DNA of 64,000 nucleotides from Eledone cirrhosa (taxonomy: Eukaryota), in NCBI GenBank assembly GCA_964016885.1, contig OZ024745.1:91574001-91638000 (forward strand). Direction: 5' to 3'. Of this stretch, positions 15,001-30,000 are shown in pieces. How positions within the stretch are numbered: position 1 is the stretch's first letter; every line of letters begins with the position of its first letter. The notes under the pieces were generated by a model. That model saw nothing but the letters and a program-made list of their open reading frames with translations. It made no database searches and had not been told where the DNA came from. The position numbers were made by a program, and so were the translations under genes.

Positions 15001-18000
15001 CAAACAGCTCCACTAGATACAGTAAGTTATATTACTCTGTGTGAGTATCAAACACCTCCACTAGATACAGTAAGTTATATTACTCTGTCTGAGTATCAAA
15101 CAGCTCCACTAGATACAGTAAGTTATATTACTCTCCCTGAGTATCAAACAGCTCCACTAGATGCAGTAAGTTATATTACTCTGTCTGATTATCAAACAGC
15201 TCCACTACATACAGTAAGTTATATTACTCTGCCTGAGTATCAAACAGCTCCACTAGATACAGTAAGTTATATTACTCTGCCTGAGTATCAAACAGCTCCA
15301 CTAGATACAGTAAGTTATATTACTCTGTCTGAGTATCAAACACCTCCACTAGATACAGTAAGTTATATTACTCTGTCTGAGTATCAAACAGCTCCCCTAG
15401 ATACAGTAAGTTATATTACTCTGTCTGAGTATCAAACATCTCCCCTAGATACAGTAAGTTATATTACTCTGCCTGAGTATCAAACAGCTCCACTAGATAC
15501 AGTAAGTTATATTACTCTGTCTGAGTATCAAACAGCTCCACTACATACAGTAAGTTATATTACTCTGCCTGAGTATCAAACAGCTCCACTAGATACAGTA
15601 AGTTATATTACTCTGTCTGAGTATCAAACAGCTCCACTAGATACAGTAAGTTATATTACTCTGTCTGAGTATCAAACAGCTCCACTAGATACAGTAAGTT
15701 ATATTACTCTGTCTGAGTATCAAACAGCTCCACTAGATACAGTAGGTTATATTACTCTGTCTGAGTATCAAACAGCTCCACTAGATACAGTAAGTTATAT
15801 TACCCTGTCTGAGTATCAAACAGCTCCACTAGATACAGTAACTTATATTACTCTGTCTGAGTATCAAACAGCTCCACTAGATACAGTAAGTTATATTACT
15901 CTGTCTGAGTATCAAACAGCTCCACTAGATACAGTAAGTTATATTACTCTGTCTGAGTATCAAACAGCTCCACTAGATACAGTAAGTTATATTACTCTGT
16001 CTGAGTATCAAACAGCTCCACTAGATACAGTAAGTTATGTTACTCTGCCTGAGTATCAAACAGCTCCACTAGATACAGTAAGTTATATTACTCTGTCTGA
16101 GTATCAAACAGCTCCCCTAGATACAGTAAGTTATATTACTCTGTCTGAGTATCAAACATCTCCCCTAGATACAGTAAGTTATATTACTCTGCCTGAGTAT
16201 CAAACAGCTCCACTAGATACAGTAAGTTATATTACTCTGTCTGAGTATCAAACAGCTCCACTACATACAGTAAGTTATATTACTCTGTCTGAGTATCAAA
16301 CACCTCCACTAGATACAGTAAGTTATATTACTCTGTCTGAGTATCAAACAGCTCCACTAGATACAGTAAGTTATATTACTCTGTCTGAGTATCAAACAGC
16401 TCCACTAGATACAGTAAGTTATATTACTCTGTCTGAGTATCAAACAGCTCCACTAGATACAGTAAGTTATATTACTCTGTCTGAGTATCAAACACCTCCA
16501 CTAGATACAGTAAGTTATATTACTCTGTCTGAGTATCAAACAGCTCCACTAGATACAGTAAGTTATATTACTCTGTCTGAGTATCAAACAGCTCCACTAG
16601 ATACAGTAAGTTATATTACTCTGTCTGAGTATCAAACACCTCCACTAGATACAGTAAGTTATATTACTCTGTCTGAGCATCAAACAGCTCCACTAGATAC
16701 AGTAAGTTATATTACTCTGTCTGAGTATCAAACACCTCCACTAGATACAGTAAGTTATATTACTCTGTCTGAGTATCAAACAGCTCCACTACATACAGTA
16801 AGTTATATTACTCTGCCTGAGTATCAAACAGCTCCACTACATACAGTAAGTTATATTACTCCGCCTGAGTATCAAACAGCTCCACTACATACAGTAAGTT
16901 ATATTACTCTGCCTGAGTATCAAACAGCTCCACTAGATACAGTAAGTTATATTACTCTGCCTGAGTATCAAACAGCTCCACTAGATACAGTAAGTTATAT
17001 TACTCTGCCTGAGTATCAAACAGCTCCACTAGATACAGTAAGTTATATTACTCTGTCTGAGTATCAAACAGCTCCACTAGATACAGTAAGTTATATTACT
17101 CTGCCTGAGTATCAAACAGCTCCACTAGATACAGTAAGTTATATTATTCTGCCTGAGTATCAAACAGCTCCACTAGATACAGTAAGTTATATTACTCTGT
17201 CTGAGTATCAAACAGCTCCACTAGATACAGTAAGTTATATTACTCTGCCTGAGTATCAAACAGCTCCACTAGATACAGTAAGTTATATTACTCTGTCTGA
17301 GTATCAAACAGCTCCCCTAGATACAGTAAGTTATATTACTCTGTCTGAGTATCAAACATCTCCCCTAGATACAGTAAGTTATATTACTCTGCCTGAGTAT
17401 CAGACAGCTCCACTAGATACAGTAAGTTATATTACTCTGTCTGAGTATCAAACAGCTCCACTAGATACAGTAAGTTATATTACTCTGTCTGAGTATCAAA
17501 CACCTCCACTAGATACAGTAAGTTATATTACTCTGTCTGAGTATCAAACAGCTCCACTAGATACAGTAAGTTATATTACTCTGTCTGAGTATCAAACAGC
17601 TCCACTAGATACAGTAAGTTATATTACTCTGTCTGAGTATCAAACAGCTCCACTAGATACAGTAAGTTATATTACTCTGTCTGAGTATCAAACACCTCCA
17701 CTAGATACAGTAGGTTATATTACTCTGTCTGAGTATCAAACAGCTCCACTAGATACAGTAAGTTATATTACTCTGCCTGAGTATCAAACAGCTCCACTAG
17801 ATACAGTAAGTTATATTACTCTGTCTGAGTATCAAACAGCTCCCCTAGATACAGGAAGTTATATTACTCTGTCTGAGTATCAAACATCTCCCCTAGATAC
17901 AGTAAGTTATATTACTCTGCCTGAGTATCAAACAGCTCCACTAGATACAGTAAGTTATATTATTCTGTCTGAGTATCAAACAGCTCCACTACATACAGTA

Positions 18001-21000
18001 AGTTATATTACTCTGTCTGAGTATCAAACACCTCCACTAGATACAGTAAGTTATATTACTCTGTCTGAGTATCAAACAGCTCCACTAGATACAGTAAGTT
18101 ATATTACTCTGTCTGAGTATCAAACAGCTCCACTAGATACAGTAAGTTATATTACTCTGTCTGAGTATCAAACAGCTCCACTAGATACAGTAAGTTATAT
18201 TACTCTGCCTGAGTATCAAACAGCTCCACTAGATACAGTAAGTTATATTACTCTGCCTGAGTATCAAACAGCTCCACTAGATACAGTAAGTTATATTACT
18301 CTGTCTGAGTATCAAACAGCTCCACTAGATACAGTAAGTTATATTACTCTGCCTGAGTATCAAACAGCTCCACTAGATACAGTAAGTTATATTACTCTGC
18401 CTGAGTATCAAACAGCTCCACTAGATACAGTAAGTTATATTACTCTGTCTGAGTATCAAACAGCTCCACTAGATACAGTAAGTTATATTACTCTGTCTGA
18501 GTATCAAACACCTCCACTAGATACAGTAAGTTATATTACTCTGTCTGAGTATCAAACAGCTCCACTAGATACAGTAAGTTATATTACTCTGTCTGAGTAT
18601 CAAACAGCTCCACTAGATACAGTAAGTTATATTACTCTGTCTGAGTATCAAACAGCTCCACTAGATACAGTAAGTTATATTACTCTGTCTGAGTATCAAA
18701 CACCTCCACTAGATACAGTAAGTTATATTACTCTGTCTGAGTATCAAACAGCTCCACTAGATACAGTAAGTTATATTACTCTGTCTGAGTATCAAACAGC
18801 TCCACTAGATACAGTAAGTTATATTACTCTGTCTGAGTATCAAACAGCTCCACTAGATACAGTAAGTTATATTACTCTGTCTGAGTATCAAACAGCTCCA
18901 CTAGATACAGTAAGTTATATTACTCTGCCTGAGTATCAAACAGCTCCACTAGATACAGTAAGTTATATTACTCTGTCTGAGTATCAAACAGCTCCCCTAG
19001 ATACAGTAAGTTATATTACTCTGTCTGAGTATCAAACATCTCCCCTAGATACAGTAAGTTATATTACTCTGCCTGAGTATCAAACAGCTCCACTAGATAC
19101 AGTAAGTTATATTACTCTGTCTGAGTATCAAACAGCTCCACTACATACAGTAAGTTATATTACTCTGTCTGAGTATCAAACACCTCCACTAGATACAGTA
19201 AGTTATATTACTCTGTCTGAGTATCAAACAGCTCCACTAGATACAGTAAGTTATATTACTCTGTCTGAGTATCAAACAGCTCCACTAGATACAGTAAGTT
19301 ATATTACTCTGTCTGAGTATCAAACAGCTCCACTAGATACAGTAAGTTATATTACTCTGTCTGAGTATCAAACAGCTCCACTAGATACAGTAAGTTATAT
19401 TACTCTGTCTGAGTATCAAACAGCTCCACTAGATACAGTAAGTTATATTACTCTGTCTGAGTATCAAACAGCCTCCACTAGATACAGTAAGTTATATTAC
19501 TCTGTCTGAGTATCAAACAGCTCCACTAGATACAGTAAGTTATATTACTCTGTCTGAGTATCAAACAGCTCCACTAGATACAGTAAGTTATATTACTCTG
19601 TCTGAGTATCAAACAGCTCCACTAGATACAGTAAGTTATATTACTCTGTTTGAGTATCAAACACCTCCACTAGATACAGTAAGTTATATTACTCTGTCTG
19701 AGTATCAAACAGCTCCACTAGATACAGTAAGTTATATTACTCTGTCTGAGTATCAAACAGCTCCACTAGATACAGTAAGTTATATTACTCTGTCTGAGTA
19801 TCAAACAGCTCCACTAGATACAGTAAGTTATATTACTCTGTCTGAGTATCAAACAGCTCCACTAGATACAGTAAGTTATATTACTCTCCCTGAGTATCAA
19901 ACAGCTCCACTAGATGCAGTAAGTTATATTACTCTGTCTGATTATCAAACAGCTCCACTACATACAGTAAGTTATATTACTCTGCCTGAGTATCAAACAG
20001 CTCCACTAGATACAGTAAGTTATATTACTCTGCCTGAGTATCAAACAGCTCCACTAGATACAGTAAGTTATATTACTCTGTCTGAGTATCAAACACCTCC
20101 ACTAGATACAGTAAGTTATATTACTCTGTCTGAGTATCAAACAGCTCCCCTAGATACAGTAAGTTATATTACTCTGTCTGAGTATCAAACATCTCCCCTA
20201 GATACAGTAAGTTATATTACTCTGCCTGAGTATCAAACAGCTCCACTAGATACAGTAAGTTATATTACTCTGTCTGAGTATCAAACAGCTCCACTACATA
20301 CAGTAAGTTATATTACTCTGCCTGAGTATCAAACAGCTCCACTAGATACAGTAAGTTATATTACTCTGTCTGAGTATCAAACAGCTCCACTAGATACAGT
20401 AAGTTATATTACTCTGTCTGAGTATCAAACAGCTCCACTAGATACAGTAAGTTATATTACTCTGTCTGAGTATCAAACAGCTCCACTAGATACAGTAGGT
20501 TATATTACTCTGTCTGAGTATCAAACACCTCCACTAGATACAGTAAGTTATATTACTCTGTCTGAGTATCAAACAGCTCCCCTAGATACAGTAAGTTATA
20601 TTACTCTGTCTGAGTATCAAACATCTCCCCTAGATACAGTAAGTTATATTACTCTGCCTGAGTATCAAACAGCTCCACTAGATACAGTAAGTTATATTAC
20701 TCTGTCTGAGTATCAAACAGCTCCACTACATACAGTAAGTTATATTACTCTGTCTGAGTATCAAACACCTCCACTAGATACAGTAAGTTATATTACCCTG
20801 TCTGAGTATCAAACAGCTCCACTAGATACAGTAACTTATATTACTCTGTCTGAGTATCAAACAGCTCCACTAGATACAGTAAGTTATATTACTCTGTCTG
20901 AGTATCAAACAGCTCCACTAGATACAGTAAGTTATATTACTCTGTCTGAGTATCAAACAGCTCCACTAGATACAGTAAGTTATATTACTCTGTCTGAGTA

Positions 21001-24000
21001 TCAAACAGCTCCACTAGATACAGTAAGTTATGTTACTCTGCCTGAGTATCAAACAGCTCCACTAGATACAGTAAGTTATATTACTCTGTCTGAGTATCAA
21101 ACAGCTCCCCTAGATACAGTAAGTTATATTACTCTGTCTGAGTATCAAACATCTCCCCTAGATACAGTAAGTTATATTACTCTGCCTGAGTATCAAACAG
21201 CTCCACTAGATACAGTAAGTTATATTACTCTGTCTGAGTATCAAACAGCTCCACTACATACAGTAAGTTATATTACTCTGTCTGAGTATCAAACACCTCC
21301 ACTAGATACAGTAAGTTATATTACTCTGTCTGAGTATCAAACAGCTCCACTAGATACAGTAAGTTATATTACTCTGTCTGAGTATCAAACAGCTCCACTA
21401 GATACAGTAAGTTATATTACTCTGTCTGAGTATCAAACAGCTCCACTAGATACAGTAAGTTATATTACTCTGTCTGAGTATCAAACACCTCCACTAGATA
21501 CAGTAAGTTATATTACTCTGTCTGAGTATCAAACAGCTCCACTACATACAGTAAGTTATATTACTCTGCCTGAGTATCAAACAGCTCCACTACATACAGT
21601 AAGTTATATTACTCCGCCTGAGTATCAAACAGCTCCACTACATACAGTAAGTTATATTACTCTGCCTGAGTATCAAACAGCTCCACTAGATACAGTAAGT
21701 TATATTACTCTGCCTGAGTATCAAACAGCTCCACTAGATACAGTAAGTTATATTACTCTGCCTGAGTATCAAACAGCTCCACTAGATACAGTAAGTTATA
21801 TTACTCTGTCTGAGTATCAAACAGCTCCACTAGATACAGTAAGTTATATTACTCTGCCTGAGTATCAAACAGCTCCACTAGATACAGTAAGTTATATTAC
21901 TCTGCCTGAGTATCAAACAGCTCCACTAGATACAGTAAGTTATATTACTCTGTCTGAGTATCAAACAGCTCCACTAGATACAGTAAGTTATATTACTCTG
22001 CCTGAGTATCAAACAGCTCCACTAGATACAGTAAGTTATATTACTCTGTCTGAGTATCAAACAGCTCCCCTAGATACAGTAAGTTATATTACTCTGTCTG
22101 AGTATCAAACATCTCCCCTAGATACAGTAAGTTATATTACTCTGCCTGAGTATCAGACAGCTCCACTAGATACAGTAAGTTATATTACTCTGTCTGAGTA
22201 TCAAACAGCTCCACTAGATACAGTAAGTTATATTACTCTGTCTGAGTATCAAACACCTCCACTAGATACAGTAAGTTATATTACTCTGTCTGAGTATCAA
22301 ACAGCTCCACTAGATACAGTAAGTTATATTACTCTGTCTGAGTATCAAACAGCTCCACTAGATACAGTAAGTTATATTACTCTGTCTGAGTATCAAACAG
22401 CTCCACTAGATACAGTAAGTTATATTACTCTGTCTGAGTATCAAACACCTCCACTAGATACAGTAGGTTATATTACTCTGTCTGAGTATCAAACAGCTCC
22501 ACTAGATACAGTAAGTTATATTACTCTGCCTGAGTATCAAACAGCTCCACTAGATACAGTAAGTTATATTACTCTGTCTGAGTATCAAACAGCTCCCCTA
22601 GATACAGTAAGTTATATTACTCTGTCTGAGTATCAAACATCTCCCCTAGATACAGTAAGTTATATTACTCTGCCTGAGTATCAAACAGCTCCACTAGATA
22701 CAGTAAGTTATATTATTCTGTCTGAGTATCAAACAGCTCCACTACATACAGTAAGTTATATTACTCTGTCTGAGTATCAAACACCTCCACTAGATACAGT
22801 AAGTTATATTACTCTGTCTGAGTATCAAACAGCTCCACTAGATACATTAAGTTATATTACTCTGTCTGAGTATCAAACAGCTCCACTAGATACAGTAAGT
22901 TATATTACTCTGTCTGAGTATCAAACAGCTCCACTAGATACAGTAAGTTATATTACTCTGCCTGAGTATCAAACAGCTCCACTAGATACAGTAAGTTATA
23001 TTACTCTGCCTGAGTATCAAACAGCTCCACTAGATACAGTAAGTTATATTACTCTGTCTGAGTATCAAACAGCTCCACTAGATACAGTAAGTTATATTAC
23101 TCTGCCTGAGTATCAAACAGCTCCACTAGATACAGTAAGTTATATTACTCTGCCTGAGTATCAAACAGCTCCACTAGATACAGTAAGTTATATTACTCTG
23201 TCTGAGTATCAAACAGCTCCACTAGATACAGTAAGTTATATTACTCTGTCTGAGTATCAAACACCTCCACTAGATACAGTAAGTTATATTACTCTGTCTG
23301 AGTATCAAACAGCTCCACTAGATACAGTAAGTTATATTACTCTGTCTGAGTATCAAACAGCTCCACTAGATACAGTAAGTTATATTACTCTGTCTGAGTA
23401 TCAAACAGCTCCACTAGATACAGTAAGTTATATTACTCTGTCTGAGTATCAAACACCTCCACTAGATACAGTAAGTTATATTACTCTGTCTGAGTATCAA
23501 ACAGCTCCACTAGATACAGTAAGTTATATTACTCTGTCTGAGTATCAAACAGCTCCACTAGATACAGTAAGTTATATTACTCTGTCTGAGTATCAAACAG
23601 CTCCACTAGATACAGTAAGTTATATTACTCTGTCTGAGTATCAAACAGCTCCACTAGATACAGTAAGTTATATTACTCTGCCTGAGTATCAAACAGCTCC
23701 ACTAGATACAGTAAGTTATATTACTCTGTCTGAGTATCAAACAGCTCCCCTAGATACAGTAAGTTATATTACTCTGTCTGAGTATCAAACATCTCCCCTA
23801 GATACAGTAAGTTATATTACTCTGCCTGAGTATCAAACAGCTCCACTAGATACAGTAAGTTATATTACTCTGTCTGAGTATCAAACAGCTCCACTACATA
23901 CAGTAAGTTATATTACTCTGTCTGAGTATCAAACACCTCCACTAGATACAGTAAGTTATATTACTCTGTCTGAGTATCAAACAGCTCCACTAGATACAGT

Positions 24001-27000
24001 AAGTTATATTACTCTGTCTGAGTATCAAACAGCTCCACTAGATACAGTAAGTTATATTACTCTGTCTGAGTATCAAACAGCTCCACTAGATACAGTAAGT
24101 TATATTACTCTGTCTGAGTATCAAACAGCTCCACTAGATACAGTAAGTTATATTACTCTGTCTGAGTATCAAACAGCTCCACTAGATACAGTAAGTTATA
24201 TTACTCTGTCTGAGTATCAAACACCTCCACTAGATACAGTAAGTTATATTACTCTGTCTGAGTATCAAACAGCTCCACTAGATACAGTAAGTTATATTAC
24301 TCTGTCTGAGTATCAAACAGCTCCACTAGATACAGTAAGTTATATTACTCTGTCTGAGTATCAAACAGCTCCACTAGATACAGTAAGTTATATTACTCTG
24401 TTTGAGTATCAAACACCTCCACTAGATACAGTAAGTTATATTACTCTGTCTGAGTATCAAACAGCTCCACTAGATACAGTAAGTTATATTACTCTGTCTG
24501 AGTATCAAACAGCTCCACTAGATACAGTAAGTTATATTACTCTGTCTGAGTATCAAACAGCTCCACTAGATACAGTAAGTTATATTACTCTGTCTGAGTA
24601 TCAAACAGCTCCACTAGATACAGTAAGTTATATTACTCTGCCTGAGTATCAAACAGCTCCACTAGATACAGTAAGTTATATTACTCTGCCTGAGTATCAA
24701 ACAGCTCCACTAGATACAGTAAGTTATATTACTCTGTCTGAGTATCAAACAGCTCCACTAGATACAGTAAGTTATATTACTCTGCCTGAGTATCAAACAG
24801 CTCCACTAGATACAGTAAGTTATATTACTCTGCCTGAGTATCAAACAGCTCCACTAGATACAGTAAGTTATATTACTCTGTCTGAGTATCAAACAGCTCC
24901 ACTAGATACAGTAAGTTATATTACTCTGCCTGAGTATCAAACAGCTCCACTAGATACAGTAAGTTATATTACTCTGAGTATCAAACAGCTCCCCTAGATA
25001 CAGTAAGTTATATTACTCTGTCTGAGTATCAAACATCTCCCCTAGATACAGTAAGTTATATTACTCTGCCTGAGTATCAGACAGCTCCACTAGATACAGT
25101 AAGTTATATTACTCTGTCTGAGTATCAAACAGCTCCACTAGATACAGTAAGTTATATTACTCTGTCTGAGTATCAAACACCTCCACTAGATACAGTAAGT
25201 TATATTACTCTGTCTGAGTATCAAACAGCTCCACTAGATACAGTAAGTTATATTACTCTGTCTGAGTATCAAACAGCTCCACTAGATACAGTAAGTTATA
25301 TTACTCTGTCTGAGTATCAAACAGCTCCACTAGATACAGTAAGTTATATTACTCTGTCTGAGTATCAAACACTTCCACTAGATACAGTAAGTTATATTAC
25401 TCTGTCTGAGTATCAAACAGCTCCACTAGATACAGTAAGTTATATTACTCTGTCTGAGTATCAAACAGCTCCACTAGATACAGTAAGTTATATTACTCTC
25501 CCTGAGTATCAAACAGCTCCACTAGATACAGTAAATTATATTACTCTGTCTGAGTATCAAACACCTCCACTAGATACAGTAAGTTATATTACTCTGTCTG
25601 AGTATCAAACAGCTCCACTAGATACAGTAAGTTATATTACTCTCCCTGAGTATCAAACAGCTCCACTAGATGCAGTAAGTTATATTACTCTGTCTGATTA
25701 TCAAACAGCTCCACTACATACAGTAAGTTATATTACTCTGTCTGAGTATCAAACAGCTCCACTAGATACAGTAAGTTATATTACTCTGCCTGAGTATCAA
25801 ACAGCTCCACTAGATACAGTAAGTTATATTACTCTGTCTGAGTATCAAACACCTCCACTAGATACAGTAAGTTATATTACTCTGTCTGAGTATCAAACAG
25901 CTCCCCTAGATACAGTAAGTTATATTACTCTGTCTGAGTATCAAACATCTCCCCTAGATACAGTAAGTTATATTACTCTGCCTGAGTATCAAACAGCTCC
26001 ACTAGATACAGTAAGTTATATTACTCTGTCTGAGTATCAAACAGCTCCACTACATACAGTAAGTTATATTACTCTGTCTGAGTATCAAACACCTCCACTA
26101 GATACAGTAAGTTATATTACCCTGTCTGAGTATCAAACAGCTCCACTAGATACAGTAACTTATATTACTCTGTCTGAGTATCAAACAGCTCCACTAGATA
26201 CAGTAAGTTATATTACTCTGTCTGAGTATCAAACAGCTCCACTAGATACAGTAAGTTATATTACTCTGTCTGAGTATCAAACAGCTCCACTAGATACAGT
26301 AAGTTATATTACTCTGTCTGAGTATCAAACAGCTCCACTAGATACAGTAAGTTATATTACTCTGCCTGAGTATCAAACAGCTCCACTAGATACAGTAAGT
26401 TATATTACTCTGTCTGAGTATCAAACAGCTCCACTAGGTACAGCAAGTTATATTACTCTGTCTGAGTATCAAACAGCTCCTTTAGATACAGTAAGTTATA
26501 TTACTCTGCCTGAGTATCGAATTGCTCCACTAGATACAGTAAGTTATATTACTCTGCCTGAGTATCAAACAGCTCCACTAGGTACAGTAAGTTATGTTAC
26601 TCTGCCTGAGTATCAAACAGCTCCACTAGATGCAGTAAGTTATATTACTCTGTCTGAGTATCAAACAGCTCCACTAGATACAGTAAGTTATATTACTCTG
26701 TCTGAGTATCAAACAGCTCCACTAGATACAGTAAGTTATATTACTCTGTCTGAGTATCAAACAGCTCCACTAGATACAGTAAGTTATATTACTCTGCCTG
26801 AGTATCAAACAGCTCCACTAGATACAGTAAGTTATATTACTCTGTCTGAGTATCAAACAGCTCCACTAGATACAGTAAGTTATATTACTCTGTCTGAGTA
26901 TCAAACAGCTCCACTAGATACAGTAAGTTATATTACTCTGTCTGAGTATCAAACACCTCCACTAGATACAGTAAGTTATATTACTCTGCCTGAGTATCAA

Positions 27001-30000
27001 ACAGCTCCACTAGATACAGTAAGTTATATTACTCTGTCTGAGTATCAAACAGCTCCACTAGATACAGTAAGTTATATTACTCTGTCTGAGTATCAAACAG
27101 CTCCACTAGATACACTAAGTTATATTACTCTGCCTGAGTATCAAACAGCTCCACTAGATACAGTAAGTTATATTACTCTGAGTATCAAACAGCTCCCCTA
27201 GATACAGTAAGTTATATTACTCTGTCTGAGTATCAAACATCTCCCCTAGATACAGTAAGTTATATTACTCTGCCTGAGTATCAAACAGCTCCACTAGATA
27301 CAGTAAGTTATATTACTCTGTCTGAGTATCAAACAGCTCCACTAGATACAGTAAGTTATATTACTCTGCCTGAGTATCAAACAGCTCCACTAGATACAGT
27401 AAGTTATATTACTCTGTCTGAGTATCAAACAGCTCCACTAGATACAGTAAGTTATATTACTCTGTCTGAGTATCAAACAGCTCCACTAGATACACTAAGT
27501 TATATTACTCTGCCTGAGTATCAAACAGCTCCACTAGATACAGTAAGTTATATTACTCTGAGTATCAAACAGCTCCCCTAGATACAGTAAGTTATATTAC
27601 TCTGTCTGAGTATCAAACATCTCCCCTAGATACAGTAAGTTATATTACTCTGCCTGAGTATCAAACAGCTCCACTAGATACAGTAAGTTATATTACTCTG
27701 TCTGAGTATCAAACAGCTCCACTAGATACAGTAAGTTATATTACTCTGTCTGAGTATCAAACACCTCCACTAGATACAGTAAGTTATATTACTCTGTCTG
27801 AGTATCAAACAGCTCCACTAGATACAGTAAGTTATATTACTCTGTCTGAGTATCAAACAGCTCCACTAGATACAGTAAGTTATATTACTCTGTCTGAGTA
27901 TCAAACAGCTCCACTAGATACAGTAAGTTATATTACTCTGTCTGAGTATCAAACACCTCCACTAGATACAGTAAGTTATATTACTCTGTCTGAGTATCAA
28001 ACAGCTCCACTAGATACAGTAAGTTATATTACTCTGTCTGAGTATCAAACAGCTCCACTAGATACAGTAAATTATATTACTCTGTCTGAGTATCAAACAC
28101 ATCCACTAGATACAGTAAGTTATATTACTCTGTCTGAGTATCAAACAGCTCCACTAGATACAGTAAGTTATATTACTCTCCCTGAGTATCAAACAGCTCC
28201 ACTAGATGCAGTAAGTTATATTACTCTGTCTGATTATCAAACAGCTCCACTACATACAGTAAGTTATATTACTCTGCCTGAGTATCAAACAGCTCCACTA
28301 GATACAGTAAGTTATATTACTCTGCCTGAGTATCAAACAGCTCCACTAGATACAGTAAGTTATATTACTCTGTCTGAGTATCAAACACCTCCACTAGATA
28401 CAGTAAGTTATATTACTCTGTCTGAGTATCAAACAGCTCCCCTAGATACAGTAAGTTATATTACTCTGTCTGAGTATCAAACATCTCCCCTAGATACAGT
28501 AAGTTATATTACTCTGCCTGAGTATCAAACAGCTCCACTAGATACAGTAAGTTATATTACTCTGTCTGAGTATCAAACAGCTCCACTACATACAGTAAGT
28601 TATATTACTCTGTCTGAGTATCAAACACCTCCACTAGATACAGTAAGTTATATTACCCTGTCTGAGTATCAAACAGCTCCACTAGATACAGTAACTTATA
28701 TTACTCTGTCTGAGTATCAAACAGCTCCACTAGATACAGTAAGTTATATTACTCTGTCTGAGTATCAAACAGCTCCACTAGATACAGTAAGTTATATTAC
28801 TCTGTCTGAGTATCAAACAGCTCCACTAGATACAGTAAGTTATATTACTCTTTCTGAGTATCAAACAGCTCCACTAGATACAGTAAGTTATGTTACTCTG
28901 CCTGAGTATCAAACAGCTCCACTAGATACAGTAAGTTATATTACTCTGTCTGAGTATCAAACAGCTCCCCTAGATACAGTAAGTTATATTACTCTGTCTG
29001 AGTATCAAACATCTCCCCTAGATACAGTAAGTTATATTACTCTGCCTGAGTATCAAACAGCTCCACTAGATACAGTAAGTTATATTACTCTGTCTGAGTA
29101 TCAAACAGCTCCACTACATACAGTAAGTTATATTACTCTGTCTGAGTATCAAACACCTCCACTAGATACAGTAAGTTATATTACTCTGTCTGAGTATCAA
29201 ACAGCTCCACTAGATACAGTAAGTTATATTACTCTGTCTGAGTATCAAACAGCTCCACTAGATACAGTAAGTTATATTACTCTGTCTGAGTATCAAACAG
29301 CTCCACTAGATACAGTAAGTTATATTACTCTGTCTGAGTATCAAACAGCTCCACTAGATACAGTAAGTTATATTACTCTGTCTGAGTATCAAACAGCTCC
29401 ACTAGATACAGTAAGTTATATTACTCTGTCTGAGTATCAAACAGCTCCACTAGATACAGTAAGTTATATTACTCTGTCTGAGTATCAAACACCTCCACTA
29501 TATACAGTAAGTTATATTACTCTGTCTGAGTATCAAACACCTCCACTAGATACAGTAAGTTATATTACTCTGTCTGAGTATCAAACAGCTCCACTAGATA
29601 CAGTAAGTTATATTACTCTGTCTGAGTATCAAACAGCTCCACTAGATACAGTAAGTTATATTACTCTGTCTGAGTATCAAACACCTCCACTAGATACAGT
29701 AAGTTATATTACTCTGTCTGAGTATCAAACAGCTCCACTACATACAGTAAGTTATATTACTCTGCCTGAGTATCAAACAGCTCCACTACATACAGTAAGT
29801 TATATTACTCCGCCTGAGTATCAAACAGCTCCACTACATACAGTAAGTTATATTACTCTGCCTGAGTATCAAACAGCTCCACTAGATACAGTAAGTTATA
29901 TTACTCTGCCTGAGTATCAAACAGCTCCACTAGATACAGTAAGTTATATTACTCTGCCTGAGTATCAAACAGCTCCACTAGATACAGTAAGTTATATTAC

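Noticed and set aside
19465-19480. Unique 49-bp monomer (ACAGCCTCC)
   Set aside because: A singleton; its paralogue near 24220 reads ACACCTCC. Likely a consensus error between the AGCT and ACCT variants.
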